Source of the DNA: an uncultured Undibacter sp.
GTDB lineage: Bacteria > Pseudomonadota > Alphaproteobacteria > Rhizobiales > Xanthobacteraceae
DNA length: 64,000 nucleotides
Assembly: GCA_964563195.1 (NCBI GenBank)
Contig: CAZLWN010000001.1
Coordinates: 21,834 to 85,833, forward strand
Direction: 5' to 3'
This document shows, piece by piece, positions 39,027 to 46,647 of this stretch. Below the pieces are notes generated by a model. The model saw nothing but the letters and a program-made list of their open reading frames with translations. It had not been told where the DNA came from and did not search any database. A program made the position numbers and the translations under genes. Every line of letters begins with the position of its first letter. Within the stretch, counting starts at the first letter, position 1.

Positions 39027-39851
39027 TCACAAAGCCGTCCATCCGCCATCAAGCCGTAATTCAGCGCCGGTCATGTAAGAAGACGCATCAGATAGCAAAA
39101 AAACAACCGCCCCATCGTATTCATCTGCGTTTGCCATACGTCCTATTGGTATCCGACGCTGATAAGCATCGATGAAATCTTTGTCCTGATGATTAAAAAC
39201 GCCAGCGAGCGTGAGAATATTAACGCGCACGCGTGGCGCCCAGTATGTCGCGAGATAGCGCGTTAGATTATAAAGCGCCGATTTCGATGCCGAATATGCG
39301 ACTGGTTTAAAAAACTCTTCGCCCCGTTTCCTCCTATATTTATACAGACTCTGATCCGGCGAAACGACCCCGTAGATCGATCCGATATTGACGATCGACC
39401 CGCGTCCTGCCTCCGCCATGGCGCCGCCGAAAACCTGGCAACACAGCATGACCCCTTTGACGTTCACGTCCATCACTTTATTCCAGGACGATTCCGAAAA
39501 ATCTTCGAACCGGCCGTTCTCGGAAGCCGGCGCGTCGGGCGGGCTGTCGATGGCGGCGTTATTGATGAGTCCGTAAGGCGCGCCCCACTTTTTCTGTAAT
39601 TGATCGAGCGCACGTTCCAACTCATCGCGCTTCGTCACATCGGCGGAAAGAAACAGAGAATTGTCGAGATCAGCCGCAGGAAAGGACGGCTTCAACGCTG
39701 CGTCGCTGGCGCGATTGTCCAGAATCGCCACGCGGGCGCCGCGCGCAAGCAAAGCGTTCGCATAGCTGCGGCCAAGCTGGCCAAGTCCGCCAGTAATGAC
39801 AACCGGCCGGTCCGCGAGATTAAAAATGGGATCGGCGGACATGAGTATCAT
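39027..39851 (-). CDS. Short-chain dehydrogenase/reductase (classical SDR)
   Basis: [26 protein letters not shown] overlap with the neuB-like stop. Confidence 0.85.
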   Translation of the reverse strand: MILMSADPIFNLADRPVVITGGLGQLGRSYANALLARGARVAILDNRASDAALKPSFPAADLDNSLFLSADVTKRDELERALDQLQKKWGAPYGLINNAAIDSPPDAPASENGRFEDFSESSWNKVMDVNVKGVMLCCQVFGGAMAEAGRGSIVNIGSIYGVVSPDQSLYKYRRKRGEEFFKPVAYSASKSALYNLTRYLATYWAPRVRVNILTLAGVFNHQDKDFIDAYQRRIPIGRMANADEYDGAVVFLLSDASSYMTGAELRLDGGWTAL

Positions 39852-40939
39852 TTAATCTCGGTAGAGCCTTGTGCCTCGAGCTCGGGCGCCGGTGGCACCG
39901 CGTCCCAGCCGATCGTTTCATCCTCGGCCAGCGGCTTTTTCAGGGTACGTCCGATGACGCTGTCGAGGTAATAAGGCAACAGGCCATCGCCCGGCGACTT
40001 GATCGAAATGTCGGCCTTGGTCAGCGTGTGGCCGGCTGGAAGATTTCGCGCCGCCACCAGTTTCTTCGCCATCTTCTTGATTGGTGCGACCTCATCCGGC
40101 AGCGGCTTCTTTTTCCCATCTCCCAGCGCCTGATGCGCGCGATGCAGGTCGCGCACAAGCCGGCGCATTCCGTCCGGAGCGAGCGAAAGTGCGTGGTCCG
40201 TGCCTTTCCAGGCGCGGTTTAGGGTGAAATGCTTTTCTACGATCCGCGCGCCCAGTGCGTAGGCAATCAGCGGCATGGCGATGCCGTTATCGTGCGCCGA
40301 AAAGCCGACGACGACACCAGGAAACTCCTGGCGGAAGCTCTCGATAACGCGCAGATTCAAATTTTCGGCTTCGCAGGGATAGCTGGCCGTGCATTGCAAT
40401 ATTGCAAGTTCGCTGTTTATAGGCATGATCGCGTCGTAAGCACGGCGGACATCTGACATAGCCGCACCACCAGTGCTGATGATCATCGGCTTTCCGATCG
40501 CCGCAACGTGCTTGAGCAAGGGAATATTGGTCAAATCGCCTGATGCCAGTTTGTAGGCCGGCATGCCGAGTTCGGCAAGAAAATCAGCGCTGGGAATATC
40601 AAACGCGGTCGAGAAGAACGCGAGGCCAAGCTCCTTTGCGAGCTTTTTAAGTTCCACGTATTCGTCGCGGCCGAATTCAAGAAATTCGCGGTGCTCGCCA
40701 TAGGTTTGGCCAAACGCGTTTTCGCTATTATACGGCTGCGCATACATCGTTTTGGTGAATAGCGAGCGATTATCCCGCTTCTGCAACTTGACGGCGTTCG
40801 CACCGCACTCCTTAGCAACCTTGAATAGTTCGCGACATTTCGAGATCTCGCCTTGGTGATTATGCCCGATCTCGGCTATTACATAACACGGCCGGTCGTC
40901 GCTGATGCGTGTTCCATTGATCGAAAAACTTCGGTCCAC
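39848..40939 (-). CDS. neuB: NeuB-family nonulosonic (sialic-acid-like) acid synthase with C-terminal SAF domain, copy 2
   Basis: CYVIAEIGHNHQG, ANAVKLQKR, SAHDNG, and a SAF-like C-terminus (ISIKSPGDGL). Confidence 0.9.
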   Translation of the reverse strand: MDRSFSINGTRISDDRPCYVIAEIGHNHQGEISKCRELFKVAKECGANAVKLQKRDNRSLFTKTMYAQPYNSENAFGQTYGEHREFLEFGRDEYVELKKLAKELGLAFFSTAFDIPSADFLAELGMPAYKLASGDLTNIPLLKHVAAIGKPMIISTGGAAMSDVRRAYDAIMPINSELAILQCTASYPCEAENLNLRVIESFRQEFPGVVVGFSAHDNGIAMPLIAYALGARIVEKHFTLNRAWKGTDHALSLAPDGMRRLVRDLHRAHQALGDGKKKPLPDEVAPIKKMAKKLVAARNLPAGHTLTKADISIKSPGDGLLPYYLDSVIGRTLKKPLAEDETIGWDAVPPAPELEAQGSTEIK

Positions 40940-40979
40940 GTGGTTCTCCGGCTTACGAAATTACAGATGTTTCTGGCTT

Positions 40980-42758
40980 TTACGAAACAGCCGTTACAGA
41001 TTCGACATCAAGAACGCGAACTGTGCCAAAATCCACGCACAGGGTCAGATCGGCGTATTTTGCTAATTCCTGTTGATGAGAAATTGCCACGATTGTTAGC
41101 GTACTAGCCAATTTGCGAAGATTTCCGCAAATGGCTCGTTCCATTTCTGGGTCGAGCGCCGCCGTCGCTTCGTCCAAAATCAGCAGATCAGGCTTTTGAA
41201 TGAGAGCACGCGCAATCGCTATGCGCTGGCGTTGCCCGCCTGATATCGCCGCGCCGCGTTCGCCGACGGGAGTGTCCATACCCTGCGGGAGTGCCGAAAC
41301 GAATTCCCATATTCCCGCGCTTTCGAGCGCTTTTTGAACTTCGTCACGTCCGATTTTCTCGTCCATCAGCGTCAAATTCGAAAAAATCGTACCATTGAGG
41401 AGTTGGAGTTCCTGCGGAACATAGCCAATTCTCTTCCGCCAATTGCTAATGTTGTCCGAATTGATTGGCACACCGTCAACAGTGATCTTGCCAGACTGCG
41501 GCCACTGCAGCCCAATCATCATGTCGACCAATGTCGTCTTGCCTGCTCCCGATGGACCAACGATGACAATCATGCGACCGGCCGGTAGCGACAAATCCAA
41601 ATCGCGAAGGACGTCGCGGCCATTCTCGTAGGAAAAGGAAACTCCACTAAAGCGAATAGAGCGCTTTAAGCGGATCTCTTGGCCGGCGTACTTTTTTCCG
41701 CTCGCTTCTGCGACCGACCGCGCTAATGCGATTTCTGAGACCAAATGCAGATACGGCGCCTCGGCCGTCACCATATTTTGTAGATGATTTTGAAATACCA
41801 CAACGCGAGATACCAACCGATGAAATAGAACCAGCATAAAACCTATTTCGGCAAAGTTAAGCTTCAAATTCTTTAGCGCGAAATAGAGACCGAGGCAGAC
41901 GATCACGGCAACAAGCGGTTCCTGTACGACCGCATGCAAGCTCTTACTGAAGTTTTGTTTACGCTCGGCAATGGAGAGTTGGACGATTTCATCGTTGATG
42001 TAAGGCAAGATACGGTTTTGTAGCCCCATCGCCTTTAGCGGCTTCATTGAAATGACGCTATCGACCAGGCGCGACACCAGTGAGCGAGACAAAAGCACCA
42101 GCTCCCTTGTATGGCGGCGGGTTTTAGCAAGGGTTCCTCGAAGCAGTAGCATGATCAATCCACTCACGGCAAACGCGCCAAGAGTTAGCTGCCAAGATAC
42201 TCCGAATGCGAAGACAACATACGGAATTGCGGTCAATACGGCCGCGGTTAGATTCACAGTGCTGGAAAAGACACCGCTGGCGCGAATCGCGTCGTTGCTG
42301 ATTGCGTTGGCGATCGCTCCCGTGCGCTGACCGACCATGTAACTCCAGCGCGCGCCCATCAGACTTCGGATCAAATCCGTACGAAAATCAGCGGCAATTT
42401 GCGTCGTGCCGCGAACGATCAACTGTTGACCGATGACAGTTATTGCAGATTTTATAAAGATTCCGGCCATCACAAAGCCAAGCAAAACTTCGATTGGCGG
42501 CTGTCCGCCGATCACATGAAAGACTTTTTGTAGCTTTGCGGAAAAGCCGTGATCCACGCTTTCGGATCCAGTCGCCAGCATAAGAACTGGCAAGATAGCT
42601 GCAATTCCAAATATTTCGGCAATACCCGCCATCTGCATCGTCGCAACCGCGGCGGCGAAACGCCAACGATACCGGGCCGACAAGATATCTTTAACGAGCC
42701 ATATAGTTGAGCGGAAATCACCGCCCTTTGGGATGTCTTTCAAAATAAAAGACGTCAT
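40980..42758 (-). CDS. ABC exporter, fused transmembrane and ATP-binding domains (MsbA/PglK-like half transporter)
   Basis: Six-helix N-terminal half. GPSGAGKTT (Walker A), ISGGQRQRIAIARAL (signature), LLILDEATAALD (Walker B). Confidence 0.9.
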   Translation of the reverse strand: MTSFILKDIPKGGDFRSTIWLVKDILSARYRWRFAAAVATMQMAGIAEIFGIAAILPVLMLATGSESVDHGFSAKLQKVFHVIGGQPPIEVLLGFVMAGIFIKSAITVIGQQLIVRGTTQIAADFRTDLIRSLMGARWSYMVGQRTGAIANAISNDAIRASGVFSSTVNLTAAVLTAIPYVVFAFGVSWQLTLGAFAVSGLIMLLLRGTLAKTRRHTRELVLLSRSLVSRLVDSVISMKPLKAMGLQNRILPYINDEIVQLSIAERKQNFSKSLHAVVQEPLVAVIVCLGLYFALKNLKLNFAEIGFMLVLFHRLVSRVVVFQNHLQNMVTAEAPYLHLVSEIALARSVAEASGKKYAGQEIRLKRSIRFSGVSFSYENGRDVLRDLDLSLPAGRMIVIVGPSGAGKTTLVDMMIGLQWPQSGKITVDGVPINSDNISNWRKRIGYVPQELQLLNGTIFSNLTLMDEKIGRDEVQKALESAGIWEFVSALPQGMDTPVGERGAAISGGQRQRIAIARALIQKPDLLILDEATAALDPEMERAICGNLRKLASTLTIVAISHQQELAKYADLTLCVDFGTVRVLDVESVTAVS

Positions 42759-43910
42759 CAGTTGCGGCTTTCAGTCAATTTACGCAAAATCATTCGGAAC
42801 GATCCGCCTCGGAAGGCGAGCAATTCAGATAGCCGCCATTTGGCTTCTTCTGGCAGTCCGGCATAGGTGGCGCCCCAGCTATCCGGAACAAGCTGGGTAT
42901 ATTCCCGCCCCTGCCCCATCATTCGGTAGACCTCAAACCCGGCCGACCGCACAAGCGCGACCACTTCAGGCACTTCATACGCACGCTCACAAGGATGGCA
43001 GAAATGGTCGATCCATGGTGCGGTCGGAGTGTCGAAGCGCGCCGTAAATGCGGGTGACCAGACGATCCCTCGGGACCATCGCAGCAGATTGCGCAACCAA
43101 GTCTTCCCGCTCATAAAAATGTCGATCAACGGCATTTGCAATACCTGTCGCAACCAATGTTGTCGCCGATGATGCATGAGCGCATCGTAGAAAAAGAACC
43201 GGCGTTCAACATTGGTGAGGTCCGGTTCCAAAATATTGAGAATTTCCTTGATGTCGAATTTCTCACGATCAAGCCGCAAACCGTACAGATGGACTAGGAC
43301 GTGGACTCATAAACGGCGGGCCATATACTGCCTTTGACGCGCCACTCAATGTCCGCTTTTGGGTGCTAGCTCAACCGGTCGATGCAACGCAGGCGTTCGA
43401 AAGCGGACGTGCGGCCTGTTTTATGGGTACACGCCCTAGGAGATACCCGTCATCCCGCAACGCCGCGTGCAAAGTACGCAGCGCGACTACGGGCTCGGCC
43501 GCATGGTGTATCGTGCCAAGTGCGGCAATCACGTCGAATTGGCCCTCGAAAGGTAACGGTTTGAGATAGCTTCCTTTCCGCAGCGATACATTGGCCTTGT
43601 GTAACTTCGCCAAATCGGAAGCCACCTGGAGCGATGCTGCCGACAGGTCAATCCCGAAACAGTCCCAATTCGGGTATTTCTTCGCTACGCCGACGAGATA
43701 ATGACCGGTGCCACACCCTGCATCCAAGAAGCGTACGAGCTTGCGCTTCGCTAAATCCGCTGCAATCGGATCAGTAAAAAAGCTTATATCTTTCAGGCCT
43801 GCACCGAGACCTGGGTAAGGATCACGCTCATACATCGCGCGCACCGCCGACTCGTCACTCACGGCGGAAAGAGTGTCGCGGTCGATGTCGTTTTTCGAGT
43901 TGCTATACAT
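42758..43910 (-). pseudogene. Class I SAM methyltransferase apparently split by frameshift(s) into 43371-43910 and 42758-43279
   Basis: The N-terminal ORF has FLDAGCGTGHY and FDVIAALGTIHH and then stops. The next ORF is in another frame and carries the usual C-terminal part (IDHFCHPCERAYEVPEVVALVRSAGFEV). About 60 nt (43310-43370) is closed in both frames. Confidence 0.5.
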
Positions 43911-43944
43911 TTGTCAGTCGGACAGAAGCGATAGCATGAACCGG

Positions 43945-44145
43945 CTAATTCGTGTGAATAAACGGTCGGTATATTTTGCAAAGATCAGTGAAAAACATCC
44001 GGCAAAGATCGAGATAGTCATTCAGCGGAAATACATTCGCGGATAACCCAAGACCGTTTAGCTTTGACCAGTCGCGGACAACAACTTTATAAGCGCGGCG
44101 TGCAAAGATAATCCATTCCGTACGTCGCGCCAACGTACTCACCAT
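43945..44145 (-). CDS. Hypothetical 66-aa ORF (doubtful)
   Basis: It fills the gap between the deacetylase and the methyltransferase. No motif recognised. Confidence 0.15.
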   Translation of the reverse strand: MVSTLARRTEWIIFARRAYKVVVRDWSKLNGLGLSANVFPLNDYLDLCRMFFTDLCKIYRPFIHTN

Positions 44146-44166
44146 ACGAATTACGTCCCTATATTC

Positions 44167-44868
44167 TCATTTACGCTGCGCACGCAATTCACGAACCACC
44201 ACGAAGGCTTCTGCCATGCGGACTCCTACTGAGGCGCCACGCCATTTCGCTAAAGCCTCGACAGCTTCAATGGAGCGGACGTGCGGGAATGGCCTCATTT
44301 CCATAGGATAGGCCTCAAGTGCGGCCCTCTTTGCTATCCACTGCGCTTCGATGTCGACAAAGTGTGTCGGGTCGAAGACTGGCCCACTGCCAATGGTTCC
44401 ATACTCGGTGCTCGACGGCGTCTCGAACGCATATATTGCCTGCACGCCGCTGCCCGGCAAAGGTCTGCATGCCGTACACGTAGCCTGGTGCAAAACGCGA
44501 TGGTCGATATTAAGATCACGCGGATGGTGAACATAGACGATTTTCGGGTCGATGCGCTGCGCCACCCCTTCAATGATCTTTACGATATCGAGTAGCGGCA
44601 CACTGTCGAGTCGGTTGTCAGGCCACCCCGCGAGTACCAAATCGCTAACTCCTAGCGCCTTTGCTGCAATTTCTGCAGCGTTGTTCAGGTTGGCGAGATC
44701 ACTACCGCGAGCCGTGATGTTCCGTTTATCGTCGCGGGACGTTGCACCTTCTGCTACAATTAATATAGTGACCGTGGCACCGTCCTCGACGTGCCGTCTT
44801 ATTGTCCCGCCGCATCCCAAAACCTCGTCATCAGGGTGCGCGGCCACCACCAAAATGTGTTCAGACAT
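44167..44868 (-). CDS. PIG-L/LmbE family N-acetylsugar deacetylase
   Basis: ILVVAAHPDDEVLGCGGT, HPRDLNIDH. Confidence 0.85.
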   Translation of the reverse strand: MSEHILVVAAHPDDEVLGCGGTIRRHVEDGATVTILIVAEGATSRDDKRNITARGSDLANLNNAAEIAAKALGVSDLVLAGWPDNRLDSVPLLDIVKIIEGVAQRIDPKIVYVHHPRDLNIDHRVLHQATCTACRPLPGSGVQAIYAFETPSSTEYGTIGSGPVFDPTHFVDIEAQWIAKRAALEAYPMEMRPFPHVRSIEAVEALAKWRGASVGVRMAEAFVVVRELRAQRK

Positions 44869-44891
44869 CAGAGCTTTTCATTAACGTGAAA

Positions 44892-45572
44892 TCATCCGAT
44901 ATTCCAGTGCACATTTTCGAAACACCAATGTTGCTCCTTGAAACGCACCCGCCGCGGTACTACCGAATGGCTATCGAGAGAGACGCAAAATGCCAAGTCT
45001 GCGTCCTGGCCCAATTTTCGAAGACGTCTTGCACCATCGCATTCCAGTAGTTTTTTATGGATCGATGAAAAGTCTTGCGCTTTGCCAAGCCAAATGGCTT
45101 CAAGAAATTGAGCACACAGAATATCTTCTTCAGCCGGCCGCTCGCCGGCAAGCCCGGCAGCCCAAAAACCGACGTCGTTCGCTCCCATATTGCGCAAGGC
45201 ATTTGAGAGCGCGGCCGCATTGGCAAAACTTCCGATGATGACTGTTTGGTCCGGCCCACACGCAGCTATGCACCGGGTCCCGCCGGAGCTTGTGAGCACC
45301 ACACTGTTCCCGACTACGCTTTTCAGTCTGCCCGCGGGCGAGTTATCGCCGTCGCAGCCTGGAAGTTGCATGCCACCGCGTTCACCTAGCAGAATCCAGT
45401 CTTCATTACAGCGTTTTATTTCGCGCGCCTCGTCGATTGTTTCGACGGTAACGACACGGTAGGCATCTCGCGCAAGCAGCGAGATAATCGTGTTACTAGC
45501 ACGAAACACGTCGATAATCACGACCACTTTTGACAAACGCGGCGCTTCTGCCAACGTGCTGAAGACGGGCAT
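44892..45572 (-). CDS. comB: 2-phosphosulfolactate phosphatase family (ComB)
   Basis: VVIIDVFRASNTI, LLGERGG, GDNSP, VLTSSGGTR, GSFANAAA, AEEDILCAQFL. Together these are the motif set I associate with ComB/YitC. Confidence 0.8.
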   Translation of the reverse strand: MPVFSTLAEAPRLSKVVVIIDVFRASNTIISLLARDAYRVVTVETIDEAREIKRCNEDWILLGERGGMQLPGCDGDNSPAGRLKSVVGNSVVLTSSGGTRCIAACGPDQTVIIGSFANAAALSNALRNMGANDVGFWAAGLAGERPAEEDILCAQFLEAIWLGKAQDFSSIHKKLLECDGARRLRKLGQDADLAFCVSLDSHSVVPRRVRFKEQHWCFENVHWNIG

Positions 45573-45584
45573 ATCAAGTTTCGT

Positions 45585-46388
45585 TTAAGTACCGTGGAAA
45601 TGACGAACAGTATCGCCGCGTAGCCCAAGCCTCAATGTTTCCAAATTCAATACCTCTTCAAGCGGTATATTGCCGATATTGACGTTACTCCCAACCCGCT
45701 GAATGAACCAAGTCATCTGGGACTTATGAGGCGCTTCAAACACCAATTTTTCCATCGGGATCGCGTCAAGCACAGCCTCGACAATTGCATTTTGAAGCGA
45801 GCCATCTTTTCGATAAACGCCCGCCGTCGCGTCAGCGCGGCCCTCCAGAATAACTTTCCAAGCACCGGCTTCGAGGTCGGCCTTGCTGAATGCAGCCCAT
45901 TCCGATGGACTATTTTGATGAGCGATATCTTTGCTGCCTACTTCTGCAAAAACCGTGAACCCCCGACCAGCGAAAAACTCAATCATTTTTCGTTTGTCAG
46001 CCTCGGAGATATCGAGCGAGCCGTTTGATATCTCGACCAAATCGATATCGAGATCCGCTAACCACGCAGCATAATCATCAACTTTGTTTTGACTCCAACA
46101 TACTTCAAATAACGTCCCCCCAAGACAAACCTTAACTTCATAGTGACGAAATAGTTTGACCTTTTGCTGCAGTGTTGATGTCACGTACGCTGAACCCCAT
46201 CCCAGTTTTACGACATCGATAAATTGATGACAAAACGACAGGGTGTCGTCGAGAACAGAAAGCCCATACCCACTATCGAGAAGGCTCGACATCCCGACGT
46301 TGCGCGGCTTGATCGAGCGCATGGGAACATCAAGGTTTAGTTTCGGCTGACTTGAGTTTCTAGAATGTGCTGTATCAAACTTTATCAA
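45585..46388 (-). CDS. comA: (2R)-phospho-3-sulfolactate synthase family (ComA)
   Basis: LNLDVPMRSIKPRNVGMSSLLDSGYG and FIDVVKLGWGSAYV resemble ComA/YitD (L.LP.R..KPR..G; YIDFVKFGWGTS). A TTG start at 46388 keeps the conserved N-terminus. The first ATG is at 46322. Confidence 0.8.
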   Translation of the reverse strand: MIKFDTAHSRNSSQPKLNLDVPMRSIKPRNVGMSSLLDSGYGLSVLDDTLSFCHQFIDVVKLGWGSAYVTSTLQQKVKLFRHYEVKVCLGGTLFEVCWSQNKVDDYAAWLADLDIDLVEISNGSLDISEADKRKMIEFFAGRGFTVFAEVGSKDIAHQNSPSEWAAFSKADLEAGAWKVILEGRADATAGVYRKDGSLQNAIVEAVLDAIPMEKLVFEAPHKSQMTWFIQRVGSNVNIGNIPLEEVLNLETLRLGLRGDTVRHFHGT

Positions 46389-46436
46389 ATGTAGTTCCTC
46401 CGCCGCAACTGATGCTAATCCGTAAATATTTTAAAC

Positions 46437-46565
46437 TTATAGAGACTTTGTAAGCCTGCCCGCATGCCGGCATGCCACCGGCAAACATCTTCCTTGTGCA
46501 ATTAACACTACATTCTGGCGAAGCAGCATCACGATCTGCTCCGCGCTAAACCTCTTTTTCGGCAT
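46437..46565 (-). mobile_element. IS3-family transposase OrfA N-terminal fragment (remnant)
   Basis: Own translation: MPKKRFSAEQIVMLLRQNVVLIAQGRCLPVACRHAG..., the typical IS3 OrfA helix-turn-helix start. It is truncated after about 40 codons and has no OrfB. Confidence 0.6.
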
Positions 46566-46647
46566 AACATAGGCTCCTTTCCAAGCTTATTTTTTAACAT
46601 CGCTTCGTCCAAAAAAAGCCTGGTCAGGTCACTCTTTTAGTTTAGAC

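Noticed and set aside
40980-42758. The ABC exporter as the type I secretion ATPase for the RTX protease at 62512.
   Set aside because: It lies 20 kb away inside a glycan operon. It has no adjacent membrane-fusion or outer-membrane partner and no N-terminal C39-like domain.
44892-46388. Reading ComA/ComB as a coenzyme M biosynthesis locus.
   Set aside because: No sulfolactate dehydrogenase, sulfopyruvate decarboxylase or bacterial Xcb-type genes are visible here. The context is entirely glycan synthesis. This cannot be excluded without the rest of the genome.
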